In this document: one piece after another, positions 9,612-18,722 of the stretch
Layout: the number at the start of each line of letters is the position of its first letter
How positions within the stretch are numbered: position 1 is the first letter of the stretch
Assembly: GCA_036395755.1 (NCBI GenBank)
Contig: DASWCZ010000069.1
Span: 77,988 to 141,987 of the forward strand
Direction: 5' to 3'
Length of the DNA stretch: 64,000 nucleotides
Origin: Thermoanaerobaculia bacterium
GTDB lineage: Bacteria > Acidobacteriota > Thermoanaerobaculia > UBA5066 > Gp7-AA6
Notes under the pieces: generated by a model
Told to the model about the DNA's origin: nothing
Seen by the model: the letters and a program-made list of their open reading frames with translations, nothing else
The model's database searches: none
Program-made: the position numbers and the translations under genes

Positions 9612-9899
9612 TCAAATCTCGGGGAGCCGAAGAACCTGCCCCGGAAAAATCAGGTCGGGATCCTTGATGTGATCCCGATTCTCTTCGTAGATCTTCTCCC
9701 AGAGACTCGCCTTGCCGTAAACGTGCTGCGCGATCTTCGAGAGCGAGTCGCCCTTGACGACGGTGTAGCTCTGCATCGTGTGGTCTTCCTTCGAGGAGAG
9801 CTGGCTGCCGCCCCCGAACACGACTCCGCTGTCGGCGGGGTCGGAACCTCCGATGGACGTGCCCCCGCCCGAGACGATTCCATTCTTGCTGTCGGGCAT
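9612..9899 (-). CDS. Small LysM-domain protein
   Basis: YTVVKGDSLSKIAQHVYG...IYEEN...PDLIFPGQVLRLP; GAGGAGG SD. Confidence 0.9.
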   Translation of the reverse strand: MPDSKNGIVSGGGTSIGGSDPADSGVVFGGGSQLSSKEDHTMQSYTVVKGDSLSKIAQHVYGKASLWEKIYEENRDHIKDPDLIFPGQVLRLPEI

Positions 9900-9923
9900 G
9901 GATCCTCCTCGCTCACGTGGAAA

Positions 9924-9939
9924 TGCACGCTCCGTGCCG
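9924..9939 (-). promoter_or_regulatory. Putative sigma54 promoter of LysM gene
   Basis: Minus strand C-GG-CACGGAGCGT-GC-A, 24 nt upstream of ATG. Confidence 0.65.
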
Positions 9940-9941
9940 GA

Positions 9942-10943
9942 TCATCGCTGCGACATTCGGACAAATCGTTCGTAAAGATCGACCTCGAAGACGCTTCCGA
10001 TCGCAACCGGAATCCTCTCGTGGAGCTTGCGCGGCGCGAGCTCGAGCACCCTCTCCTTTCCGGTCGAAGCGCGGCCCCCCGCCTGCTCGACGACGAACGC
10101 GAGCGGATGGGACTCGTACAGCAGCCGGATCTTCCCCGAAGGCTTTCCGGATGAAGCGTCCGCGGGATAGAGGTAGATCCCGCCTTTGATCAGGATCCGG
10201 TGGACGTCGCCGACCATCGAGCCGGAGTAACGGGTCGAATAGGGGCGGCCGCTCGCTTCGTCCGGCTCCTTCAGGTGCTCGACGAACGCCCGATCGGCCT
10301 CCGCCCATCCCGCCCGACGGCCTTCGTTCACCGCATATCCCCGCCCCCGCTTCGGCATCTCGAGACGCCGGCGGACGAGCACGAACTCCCCGATCGCTGG
10401 ATCAAGCGAGAAGACGTGCGTTCCTTTTCCGCTGGTGTAGACGAAGAGGACGGCCGGCCCGAAAAGGATGTAGCCCGCTGCGACCTGCTCGGTGCCGGGC
10501 CGGAGCAGGTCGGCCTCGGTCCCGCCGCCGCGGGGCCGGATCGAGAAAATCGTCCCGAGAGTGCCGTCGACGTCGATGTTGGAGGAGCCGTCCATCGGAT
10601 CGAACAGCACCGCGTACCGTGCGCCGTCGGCGCGTCCGCGATAGACGTGAGGCTCCTCCAGCTCTTCGGACGCGACGAAGCTCACGAGGCCGCCGTAGTC
10701 GAACGTCTCGACGAGAATGTCGTTCGCGCGGACGTCGAGCTTCTTCTGCTCTTCGCCGGAGACGTTCGCGGTGCCGGCTGAGCCGTGCGTGTGCTGGATG
10801 TCGGCGATGGCGAGCTCGCGCGCGATGCGCTTGCCCGCGACGCCGAGCCGCATGAGGAGCAGCGACAACTCGCCGGTCGACGCCGGATGCTCCTGCTGTC
10901 CCTCGAGAATGAAGCGGTCCAGCGTGACAGGCGGCCGCGTCAT
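9942..10943 (-). CDS. fbp: Fructose-1,6-bisphosphatase class 1
   Basis: GEEQKKLDV, ASEE, FDPMDGSSNID, RYSGSMVGDVHR, RLLYE. Confidence 0.95.
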   Translation of the reverse strand: MTRPPVTLDRFILEGQQEHPASTGELSLLLMRLGVAGKRIARELAIADIQHTHGSAGTANVSGEEQKKLDVRANDILVETFDYGGLVSFVASEELEEPHVYRGRADGARYAVLFDPMDGSSNIDVDGTLGTIFSIRPRGGGTEADLLRPGTEQVAAGYILFGPAVLFVYTSGKGTHVFSLDPAIGEFVLVRRRLEMPKRGRGYAVNEGRRAGWAEADRAFVEHLKEPDEASGRPYSTRYSGSMVGDVHRILIKGGIYLYPADASSGKPSGKIRLLYESHPLAFVVEQAGGRASTGKERVLELAPRKLHERIPVAIGSVFEVDLYERFVRMSQR

Positions 10944-10954
10944 GGGCGGCGATT

Positions 10955-12025
10955 CTACGGGATGGCCGACGCCGACTTCGTCCACTCGCGCCACGCCGGC
11001 TTCGGTCTTCCATCGGCCTGGACGAGGCCGCGATTGGCGAAGAACGCCGTTCGGCGCGGGCCCTCTCCCCCGCCCCCTCCTGCCGCCGGGAGAGGGGGCA
11101 ACCCCCCGGAGTCGTGCGGATCGGGATCGCGCCACGGAACGTATCGCGCGAAGAGGAGACGCGACCGCTCGGTTGCCGCGGCGAGCCGCCGCATCCGCCG
11201 GACGAAGTCCGCCTGCTTTTCCGGGGTCGAGCCGTTTTCCGGCGCGGAGGAAAAGCTCACCTCGGTGAACCCGACCGGCCGGCCCGCGGCGCCCCGGAGG
11301 ATTGCGTTCCAGTCGCGATCGATCGTTTCCGGAGAGCGGTGGGTAAACGGCGCGGCGGGCGCAAACGGCGCGTAGACGTAGAAGAGCGCCGGGCTCTTCC
11401 GATGGAGCTCCGCTTCGACGGCGGGGGCTTGAGTGTCGGTGGGCGCGGCGGTTGTGACCCCCACCAGGAGGCGCGGAGATTTCTTTCTCAGAAAATCGAC
11501 GGCGCCGTCGAAAAGGCGTACGAATTTCCGGAGCTCGTCCGGCTTGTCGGCGAAATACGAGTCCGCCTCGTTGCCGAGCGAGAGCGTCGAGAAATCGGCG
11601 AGAGCCGGAAGGAGAGCGTCCAGGAGCTTTCCGAGCCGGACGGTCAGCTTCGGATCGTCGAAAGAGACTTGGGCGAGATCGGCGGGGACTTCGCGCTCGC
11701 GGCCGTTGACGAGCGGAAGGTCGAGATGAAGGACCGCTCCCGACTGACGGAGCAATCGGGCAGCCCGCGTGACCGAGGCGACGTCATAGCGGCGCGGCCG
11801 AGGCTCGGCGGCCGGCCAGGAGACCTCGAGGGCGAAGAGCGAGACTCCGGCGCGCCGCACCTGCTCGATCGCCTTCTGTCGGTCCGCAGCCGAGGCGGAC
11901 TCGGGAAGATTGACGGCGAGCCCGAGCGCCGCCGATGCGTTCGCGGGGCGCGGCCGCGGCGTGCTCGCCACGGCGTGTGAACGAGCGGGGCGGGCGAGGA
12001 AGAGCGCGAAAAGGAGAGCGGTCAC
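10955..12025 (-). CDS. Exported glycoside-hydrolase-like TIM-barrel protein (clan GH-A-like)
   Basis: Signal-like N-terminus from GTG 12025; SLGNEAD (acid/base) and GFTEVSF (nucleophile-like); C-terminal GL...G.PKPAW. Confidence 0.6.
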   Translation of the reverse strand: MTALLFALFLARPARSHAVASTPRPRPANASAALGLAVNLPESASAADRQKAIEQVRRAGVSLFALEVSWPAAEPRPRRYDVASVTRAARLLRQSGAVLHLDLPLVNGREREVPADLAQVSFDDPKLTVRLGKLLDALLPALADFSTLSLGNEADSYFADKPDELRKFVRLFDGAVDFLRKKSPRLLVGVTTAAPTDTQAPAVEAELHRKSPALFYVYAPFAPAAPFTHRSPETIDRDWNAILRGAAGRPVGFTEVSFSSAPENGSTPEKQADFVRRMRRLAAATERSRLLFARYVPWRDPDPHDSGGLPPLPAAGGGGGEGPRRTAFFANRGLVQADGRPKPAWREWTKSASAIP

Positions 12026-12069
12026 TGCCCTATTGTGCACGCACGAATAGAATCGCAGCGGAGGTGCCG

Positions 12070-12594
12070 ATGAGAACGAACCGCTCCACCGCGGCTGCCG
12101 CCGCGGCCCTGGGATTTCTTCTGACGACGGCCGCGTGCAAGAGCTCCGCTTCCACTCCCACCCCCGCCCCCGCGACTTCTTCTCCGATCGTCGCGGCCGC
12201 ATCGACTCCCGTTCCGGCTCCGCCGCCGGCGCCGGTCGCCGAGCACATCAAGCTCCAGCACATCCTCATTTCCTTTACGGGCAAGGTCCCGGGCAAGAAC
12301 ATCACGCGAACGCAGGACGAAGCGCGCGCGCTCGCGCACCAGATCTTCGGCCGCGCGAAGAAAGGGGAGGACTTCGATTCCCTGGTGCGCACCTATACCG
12401 ACGACCGCGCCCCCGGCATCTACGCGCTCGCGAACTCCGGCGTTACTCCCGGCGAAGGAGAGTTCTCGCGCGACCGGATGGTCCCCGCGTTCGGCGAGGT
12501 CGGTTTTTCGCTCGCTCGGGGCGAGATCGGCATCGCCGAGTACGACCCGGTGAAGAGCCCGTACGGCTGGCACGTCATCAAGCGGCTCGAATAG
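12070..12594 (+). CDS. Parvulin-type peptidyl-prolyl isomerase, lipoprotein
   Basis: Lipobox TAAC; HILI, GEDF, MVPAF, SPYGWHVIK; GGAGG SD. Confidence 0.9.
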   Translation: MRTNRSTAAAAAALGFLLTTAACKSSASTPTPAPATSSPIVAAASTPVPAPPPAPVAEHIKLQHILISFTGKVPGKNITRTQDEARALAHQIFGRAKKGEDFDSLVRTYTDDRAPGIYALANSGVTPGEGEFSRDRMVPAFGEVGFSLARGEIGIAEYDPVKSPYGWHVIKRLE

Positions 12595-14793
12595 GTGTCT
12601 TCGGGAGCCCGTCTCCGCGTCGCCGCCGGTCTGGCGGCGGCGGCCCTGTGCCTCGTCCCCGCGCGAGGCCTCGCGGAGAAGAGAAAGCTGTCGATCGAAG
12701 ACACCGTCGCCGAGCCTCCGTTGGCCGGACGTCCGGCCGCCGGCGTCACGTGGCTCGTCGGCGGATCGCGGTTCTCCTACGTCGTCCGGAAAGGCTCGGG
12801 CGACGCCGAGGTCTCGGAGCTCTGGGTCGAGGAGACCGCCGGCGGAAAGAAGAGGATGGTGGTCTCGACCCCTGCGCTCGCGCTCCCCGAAGAGCCGGCG
12901 CCCGAAAAGAAGGGGAAGCCGGAGACCGCTTCGCTCGAAGGCTATCGCTGGTCGCCCGACGGACGCGCCGTCCTCGTCAGCGGCGGCGACGACCTCTGGC
13001 TCTACGATGCCGTCGCGAACTCGATCAAGCGGTTGACAAGCGATCGGGACAAGGAAGAGTTCCCCTCCTTCTCCCCGGACGGCAAGCGAATCGCGTTCGT
13101 TCGAAAGAACGACCTCTTCGTGATCGAGCTCGACGGCCGCCGGGAGACCCGGCTGACGAGAGACGGCGGCGAGCAGATTTCGAACGGTCGGCTCGACTGG
13201 GTGTACGAAGAGGAGCTCGCGAGCCGCGACGGCCGCGGCTACGAGTGGTCGCCGGACGGACGCTCGATCGCTTATCTCCGCCTGGACGACGCGCCGATCG
13301 CTCGGTATCCGCTCGTGAACTATCTCGCCGTTCCCGCGACCGTCGAGTGGCAACCCTATCCCAAGGCCGGCCAGAAGAATCCGAGGGCTTCCTTTCACGT
13401 CGTGGATGTCGATGGAGTCGAGCGCGGCGCGGTTGCGCTCGACGGCGACGGTTACGTCGTTCCCGCTTTTTCCTGGACGACCGATTCGAGATCGGCGTGT
13501 TACCGCGTTCTGAACCGCGCGCAGAACCGTGAGGAAGTTCGTCTCTTCACTCTCGCCGGGGGGACCTCGAAGACGCTCTTCGTCGAGCAGGCTCCCGACT
13601 GGGTGAACGTCGCCGATCCCCCCCGTTTCCTGCGCGACGGCCGCTACGTCTGGAAGTCGGAGCGCACCGGATACGCGCACCTCTTCGTCGGGAGGAGCGC
13701 GGGGGGTGAGCCCGCGCAGATCACCCGCGGGGACTGGCTCGTGGATAAGATCGCCGGCGTGGACGAGGTTCGGGGGCTCGTCTACTTCACGGCGACCGAA
13801 GAGAACGTCCGCCGCCGGCAGATCTACCGAGTGTCTCTCGATGGAACCGGCTTCTCGAGGCTGACTTCGTCGCGCGGGCAGCACTCGCCGGAGCTTTCCC
13901 CCGACGGCCGCTTCCTCCTCGATACGTTCTCGACCGTCGCGCAGCCACCCGTGCTCTCGCTGATGGACCCTGCGGGCCGGGAAATCCGCGCCGTAGACCG
14001 GCCGGACAGCCGCCTCGACGAGTACGAGCTCGCGACGACCGAAGAAGCCAACGTGCGCGCCGACGACGGCGCGCTTCTCGAAGCGAGGCTCGTCAAGCCG
14101 GCAGACTTCGATCCGTCTCGAAAATACCCGGTCGTCGTCTTCGTTTACGGCGGTCCGCATTCGCAGGTCGTCCGCGACGCATGGGGAGCGACGACCCTCC
14201 TCGATCATCTGCTCGCGAGCCGGGGGTTCCTCGTATGGAGCCTCGACAATCGCGGCGCGGCCGGACGCGGTCACGCCTGGGAAGCCCCGGTCTTCCGCGA
14301 CATGGGCCGCCGCGAGCTCGCCGACCAGCTCGCCGGGGTCCGCTACCTGAAGACGCTTCCCTACGTGGACGGATCCCGGATCGGGATCTGGGGCTGGTCA
14401 TACGGCGGGTACATGACGCTCTTCGCGCTCACGAACGCTCCCGAGGTCTGGAAGTGCGGAGTCGCCGGCGCTCCGGTGACCCACTGGAGGTTCTACGACA
14501 CGATCTACACCGAACGTTACATGCGCACGCCGGCGGAGAACCCGGACGGCTACGAGCGCTCGGCGCCGCTGACGAAAGCGAAGGATCTTCGCGCGCCACT
14601 ACTTCTGATCCACGGCGCGTCGGACGACAACGTCCATCTCCAGAACACCCTCGCGTTCGTCGATGCGCTCGCCCGGGCGCGAAAGCCGTACGAACTCCAG
14701 ATCCAGCCGAGAGAAAAGCACGGCTTCCACGGTACCGACGCGCTCACCTTCCGGAACCAGGCGATCGTCCGGTTTTTTGAAGAGCACCTGTAA
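12595..14793 (+). CDS. Dipeptidyl peptidase IV family (S9B) serine peptidase
   Basis: Beta-propeller WSPDG repeats, DWVYEEE, GWSYGG, HGASDDNVH, EKHG. Confidence 0.93.
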   Translation: MSSGARLRVAAGLAAAALCLVPARGLAEKRKLSIEDTVAEPPLAGRPAAGVTWLVGGSRFSYVVRKGSGDAEVSELWVEETAGGKKRMVVSTPALALPEEPAPEKKGKPETASLEGYRWSPDGRAVLVSGGDDLWLYDAVANSIKRLTSDRDKEEFPSFSPDGKRIAFVRKNDLFVIELDGRRETRLTRDGGEQISNGRLDWVYEEELASRDGRGYEWSPDGRSIAYLRLDDAPIARYPLVNYLAVPATVEWQPYPKAGQKNPRASFHVVDVDGVERGAVALDGDGYVVPAFSWTTDSRSACYRVLNRAQNREEVRLFTLAGGTSKTLFVEQAPDWVNVADPPRFLRDGRYVWKSERTGYAHLFVGRSAGGEPAQITRGDWLVDKIAGVDEVRGLVYFTATEENVRRRQIYRVSLDGTGFSRLTSSRGQHSPELSPDGRFLLDTFSTVAQPPVLSLMDPAGREIRAVDRPDSRLDEYELATTEEANVRADDGALLEARLVKPADFDPSRKYPVVVFVYGGPHSQVVRDAWGATTLLDHLLASRGFLVWSLDNRGAAGRGHAWEAPVFRDMGRRELADQLAGVRYLKTLPYVDGSRIGIWGWSYGGYMTLFALTNAPEVWKCGVAGAPVTHWRFYDTIYTERYMRTPAENPDGYERSAPLTKAKDLRAPLLLIHGASDDNVHLQNTLAFVDALARARKPYELQIQPREKHGFHGTDALTFRNQAIVRFFEEHL

Positions 14794-14902
14794 CCCCAAG
14801 TAACATTTCGGGGAATACGCCCGTCTTTCCCAGGCCTGCAAGGCCGAGGAATCCCTCCGTTTTTCCGAACAAAGAGGTCCCTCGCTGCGTTGCGGTGAAT
14901 CC

Positions 14903-14918
14903 GGGCATGGACTTTGCT
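14903..14918 (+). promoter_or_regulatory. Putative sigma54 promoter in a convergent intergenic region
   Basis: G-GG-CATGGACTTT-GC-T (GG 14904-5, GC 14916-7). Confidence 0.65.
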
Positions 14919-14927
14919 CGTACGTCA

Positions 14928-15010
14928 GGTCGTCGGACCGCGCCTTTCGCACAAACTGGCTGGACCGACCAGAACACGCCGCTCCGAGAAATCGGAGCGG
15001 CGTTGCTTTC
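14928..15010 (+). ncRNA. Candidate sigma54-dependent small RNA (~80 nt)
   Basis: Begins at predicted +1; 5' GGTCGTC can pair with GACCGACC (14963-14970); ends in 12-bp GAAA-loop hairpin plus TGCTTTC; no credible CDS. Confidence 0.45.
14976..15010 (+). terminator. Hairpin terminator (possibly bidirectional)
   Basis: ACGCCGCTCCGA-GAAA-TCGGAGCGGCGT then TGCTTTC. Confidence 0.7.
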
Positions 15011-15018
15011 GAGGTCGT

Positions 15019-15789
15019 CTATCCCGACGGCGTCCCGACGAGCACGATCGGACCAGACGGCTGCGGTAGACCCCCCCGGGGCTCGACGGTGACCGCGAAG
15101 TTCTCGGCGGTCGAGATTGCCGCCAGGTTCTTCGACTCGAAGAGGGCGCGGCCGGACGGATCCGCGTCGAAGACGCCCGCGTCCACGGGCTTTCCGTCGA
15201 CAAAGACCCAGAGCTGATATTGCCGGTCGGCCGGGAGAGGCGCGAGGTTGCCGGCGACCAAGACTCCGCGCTTCGCCCTTTCGCTCCAGAAGACTTTCGC
15301 CCGCGCGTTCGGCTGCGGTCCCTTCCCGCCCAGGAACAGCAGGCGCACGTCATCGCTCTCCAGCACCCGCGTCCGTAGATCGCGCCGCGCGAGCTCCGAC
15401 CGGCTGGTTTCGACGGCAGAGGCGAGCTCCGAGTTGCGCGCGCGAAGTTCTTCGCGCTGCCGGCGCAGGCGCGCGTCGTCGAGCGCGATCATCACGAAGA
15501 GGAACGCCGCGGCGGCGGCGAACGTCCAGGCGGCGGATCGGGACGGGCGAGACGCCGGGCGACGGGCCGGACCGAGCGACGCGAGAAGGTCATCGCGCAG
15601 AGACGGACGCGGCCGGCGCGGAGGCACGGCCGCCGCCAGGCTCGAGGCCGCGAGACGCAGCTCGGGCAGGAGGCCTTCGCAGGTCGAGCAGCGGTCCTCG
15701 ACTAACCGGGCGTATTCGGCCGCGTCGTCCTCCAGAGGGAGGCCGAGGGCGGCGAGGGAGACGAGCTCCTCGTGTCTCTCGCTATGCAT
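15019..15789 (-). CDS. Anti-sigma factor, RskA family
   Basis: N-terminal ZAS-like CSTC, single TM, coiled coil, YQLW...AGVF...FAVTVEPRGGLPQPSG. Confidence 0.9.
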   Translation of the reverse strand: MHSERHEELVSLAALGLPLEDDAAEYARLVEDRCSTCEGLLPELRLAASSLAAAVPPRRPRPSLRDDLLASLGPARRPASRPSRSAAWTFAAAAAFLFVMIALDDARLRRQREELRARNSELASAVETSRSELARRDLRTRVLESDDVRLLFLGGKGPQPNARAKVFWSERAKRGVLVAGNLAPLPADRQYQLWVFVDGKPVDAGVFDADPSGRALFESKNLAAISTAENFAVTVEPRGGLPQPSGPIVLVGTPSG

Positions 15790-16375
15790 CTCTCTCTTCC
15801 CAGTACGGCCGCATGCGTTCGCGGAGTTTCATCAAACCCAGGCGGATCCGCGTCTTGACGGTGCCGAGCGGGGTGGCCGTCCGCCCTGCGATTTCCTGGT
15901 GGGTGAGTCCGTCGAAGTAGGCGAGCTCGAGGGCGCGCCTCTGGTCGGCGGGGAGGTCCCCGATTGCGGCGCGGCAGATCGTCTCCCACTCGCGCGCCGC
16001 AGAGCCCGCTTCGACGTCGTCCCGCGCGGGGGCGTGCGCCAGCGGATCACGGCCGTCCGCGGCGCCCGAGGCCATCGGCCGCCTCGTTCTCAGACGATCG
16101 ATGGCGCGGCTGCGGGTCGCGATGATCAACCAGGCCAGCACGGAGCCGCGGAGGGGGTCGAAGGACGACGACGCCCTCCACGCGTAGAGAAAGACTTCCT
16201 GGACGACCTCCTCGGCCTCGCCGGTTTCGCCGAGGATCCGGTGGGCGACACCGAGGAGCCGCGCCGCATGACGGTCGTAGAGGCGCGCGAGCGCATCGGC
16301 GTCGCGCGCTTCCATCGCGGCGACGAGCACCCGGTCGCTCCGATCGGTGTCTGCCGGCTCTGCACGCGGATTCAT
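15782..16375 (-). CDS. ECF sigma factor, SigK-like
   Basis: LYDRH, AEEVVQEVFL, RSRAIDRLR, AYFDGLTHQEIA, PLGTVKTRIR; overlaps rskA. Confidence 0.92.
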   Translation of the reverse strand: MNPRAEPADTDRSDRVLVAAMEARDADALARLYDRHAARLLGVAHRILGETGEAEEVVQEVFLYAWRASSSFDPLRGSVLAWLIIATRSRAIDRLRTRRPMASGAADGRDPLAHAPARDDVEAGSAAREWETICRAAIGDLPADQRRALELAYFDGLTHQEIAGRTATPLGTVKTRIRLGLMKLRERMRPYWEERDA

Positions 16376-16428
16376 GGAACGTCTTTCCGAGCGAGGGGGC
16401 CGAAGGATACTCTTTTCGCGCGAAGCGG

Positions 16429-16455
16429 AAATCCAAGCGACGCCCGCCATCCGTA
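16429..16455 (+). promoter_or_regulatory. Putative SigK-type ECF promoter of DUF4331 gene
   Basis: aaATCC-N17-CGTA upstream of AAGGAGG SD. Confidence 0.55.
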
Positions 16456-16483
16456 TTCGACCACGTAACGAAGGAGGAACCCG

Positions 16484-17968
16484 ATGAAGAAGCTCTGGCG
16501 TCTGTCACGGAGCGGTACGGTCTGGACCGCCGCGCTCGCTTTCTCTCTCGCCACCCTGCTCGCCCCCCCGGCCGCCCGGGCCTCGAGCCACCGCGAAGCG
16601 CCGCTCATCAGTGCGGACCCCGAGGCGGACAACACGGACGTCTATTTCTTTCTGGATCCCGTAGACGGCGGACGGGTTGTGATGATCGGCAACTGGATCC
16701 CTCTGGAAGAGCCCGCCGGAGGACCGAACTTCTCGCATTTCGGCGAGGACATCCGCTACGAGTTCAACGTGGACTGGGACGGCGACGCGATCGAGGACGT
16801 CGTCTATCGCGTCACCTTCCACCGCAACGTGCGCAACCCGAACACGTGGCTCCAGAACACCGGCCCCGTGAGCTCCCCGACCGACACGAACCTGAACGTC
16901 TACTACACGTACAAGGTCGAGAAGATCCTGGGCCCCTCTCCCAACCAGAGCGCGGCCTCGAAAACCGTCCTCGGAGAAGACCTGATTGAGGCGCCCAACA
17001 ATGTCGGCCCGAAGTCGTTCCCGGGTGATCCTGCGGGCTCCGGCTATGGCAAGGGCTCCAACATCGCGAGCACGGTCTACACGGTCGACCAGGACACGAA
17101 GGTGTTCGCCGGACCGCGCGCCGACGGCTTCTACGCGGACCTCGGAATGATCTTCGACCTGATCAACTTCCGGCCCGGCACGCTGCCCGGCAACGCGGGC
17201 GGGGGCAAGAACGACCTCGCCGGGTTCAACACGCATACGATCGCGATCTCGGTCCCCATCTATCAGCTCACGAAGAACCACACGCTGCCGACTCTGACTT
17301 CCGACCCCAACGCGATCATCAGCATGTGGTCCTCGACGTGGCGGCTGCAGACCCGCGTCCTTTCCGACAGCGGCGAGAAGCCCACGGACTCCGGCGCCTG
17401 GGTGCAGGTCTCGCGCCTCGGCGTGCCGCTCGTCAACGAGGTCGTCATCCCGCTCGGCCAGAAAGACCTCTTCAACGCCTCCTATCCGAAGGACGACGCT
17501 CAGTTTGCGGCTTCGATTCTCGACCCGGAAGTTCCGAAGATCCTGAAGGCCCTCTTCAACATCGATTCGCCGCCCATGCCGCGCAACGACCTCCTCGCGG
17601 TCGTGCTCGGCGTCGACGGATTGACGCGCCGTCCCGGAGAGGTCATCTCCGACCAGCTCCGTCTGAACGTCGCCGTCTTCCCGACGCCGCCCTCGCTCGC
17701 CAACCGCATGGGGGTCCTCGGCGGCGATCTGGCGGGCTTCCCCAACGGACGGCGTCCATACGATGACGTGGTGGACATCGAGCTCCAGGTCCTGGCGGGC
17801 GTCCTCGTTCCCGCGTTCAACCACGCGCCGAACAACCAGCTGGGCGACGGGGTGGATGGACCGGACAAGCCGTACAACCCGGCGTTCCCGTGGCTCGCGA
17901 CGCCGCACTCGGGCTTCGATCACCGCCACGACGCGGCGCCGCAGATCACGCACTTCGGCGCGCAGTAA
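16484..17968 (+). CDS. DUF4331 family secreted protein
   Basis: Signal peptide then ASSHREAP, DNTDVY, QVSRLG.PLVNE, GFPNGRR..DDVVDI, FPWLATPH. Confidence 0.88.
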   Translation: MKKLWRLSRSGTVWTAALAFSLATLLAPPAARASSHREAPLISADPEADNTDVYFFLDPVDGGRVVMIGNWIPLEEPAGGPNFSHFGEDIRYEFNVDWDGDAIEDVVYRVTFHRNVRNPNTWLQNTGPVSSPTDTNLNVYYTYKVEKILGPSPNQSAASKTVLGEDLIEAPNNVGPKSFPGDPAGSGYGKGSNIASTVYTVDQDTKVFAGPRADGFYADLGMIFDLINFRPGTLPGNAGGGKNDLAGFNTHTIAISVPIYQLTKNHTLPTLTSDPNAIISMWSSTWRLQTRVLSDSGEKPTDSGAWVQVSRLGVPLVNEVVIPLGQKDLFNASYPKDDAQFAASILDPEVPKILKALFNIDSPPMPRNDLLAVVLGVDGLTRRPGEVISDQLRLNVAVFPTPPSLANRMGVLGGDLAGFPNGRRPYDDVVDIELQVLAGVLVPAFNHAPNNQLGDGVDGPDKPYNPAFPWLATPHSGFDHRHDAAPQITHFGAQ

Positions 17969-17984
17969 CTCCCTGTCTTTCGGC

Positions 17985-18021
17985 TCCCCGGTCCGGCCGC
18001 GCGCCGGGCCGGGGATTTTTT
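17985..18021 (+). terminator. Intrinsic terminator/attenuator between DUF4331 and ferritin-like gene
   Basis: TCCCCGGTCCGGC...GCCGGGCCGGGGA followed by TTTTTT. Confidence 0.7.
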
Positions 18022-18061
18022 GCGACCGTGCAGTAGGCTCCCGGCTCACGAGGAGGGTCGA

Positions 18062-18616
18062 ATGATTCACCAACCGCGCCGCGACTTTTTTCGCGCCGCT
18101 GCCCAGACCGGGCTGGCGCTCGGTCTCGCCGCCGCCGGCCGTCCCCTGATCGCGCTCTCTCCCAAAGAAGGCGGTGCCGCGGGGGACGACATTACCCTCC
18201 TGAACACGGCTCTCGCACTCGAGCACGAAGCGATCTGGGCGTACGGCCTCGCGGGGAAGAGCGGTCTCCTCTCCGCAAAAGCGAAAGAGGTCGGGCTCGC
18301 GTTCCAGGGCAGCCACGAGATCCACCGCGACCTGATCGTCGACGCCGTCAAGCGCAAGGGCGGAAGCCCGGTCGAGCCGAAGAAGGAGTACGTCTTCGGG
18401 GTTCCCCTCGCGAACGAGAAGGACGTGCTCGAGCTCGCGTTCCAGCTCGAGGTCGGCGCGGCGCGCGCCTACCTGACCGTCGTCGACAAGTTCCAGGACC
18501 GCGCGCTCTCCGCATCGGCAGGCCGGATCCTCTCCGACGAGGTTCTTCACGCGACCGTCCTGAGGAGCGTCCTCGGCCGGGACGTGGTCCCGACCTTCCG
18601 ACTCATTGAGAACTGA
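18062..18616 (+). CDS. Ferritin-like domain protein with Tat signal
   Basis: PRRDFF twin-arginine; LNTALALEHEAIWAY, HEIHRD, LEVGAARAY, ILSDEVLH. Confidence 0.85.
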   Translation: MIHQPRRDFFRAAAQTGLALGLAAAGRPLIALSPKEGGAAGDDITLLNTALALEHEAIWAYGLAGKSGLLSAKAKEVGLAFQGSHEIHRDLIVDAVKRKGGSPVEPKKEYVFGVPLANEKDVLELAFQLEVGAARAYLTVVDKFQDRALSASAGRILSDEVLHATVLRSVLGRDVVPTFRLIEN

Positions 18617-18617
18617 T

Positions 18618-18693
18618 GGGGTCAGGTTGGGGGCCAGGCTGCCACATTGGGGTCAGGTCTCCACTTGCCACATCGAGGGCCAGGCTGCCACAT
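18618..18693. repeat. REP-like repeat family B cluster (left arm of 44-bp inverted repeat)
   Basis: GGGGTCAGGTT, GGGGGCCAGGCTGCCACAT, GGGGTCAGGTCTCCACTTGCCACAT, GAGGGCCAGGCTGCCACAT. Confidence 0.85.
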
Positions 18694-18722
18694 ACCCGCC
18701 AGACCGGAACTCGCCGTAAGAC

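Noticed and set aside
12022-14274. Long antisense ORFs (also 16505-18550, 41261-43321, 44351-46255, 4549-5856 and others)
   Set aside because: Mirror frames of well-supported genes; expected in high-GC DNA; no motifs.
16385-16409. Autoregulatory ECF promoter for the sigma gene (ATCC-N15-CGGAA, minus strand)
   Set aside because: Spacing and -10 differ from the better plus-strand match; too weak to call.
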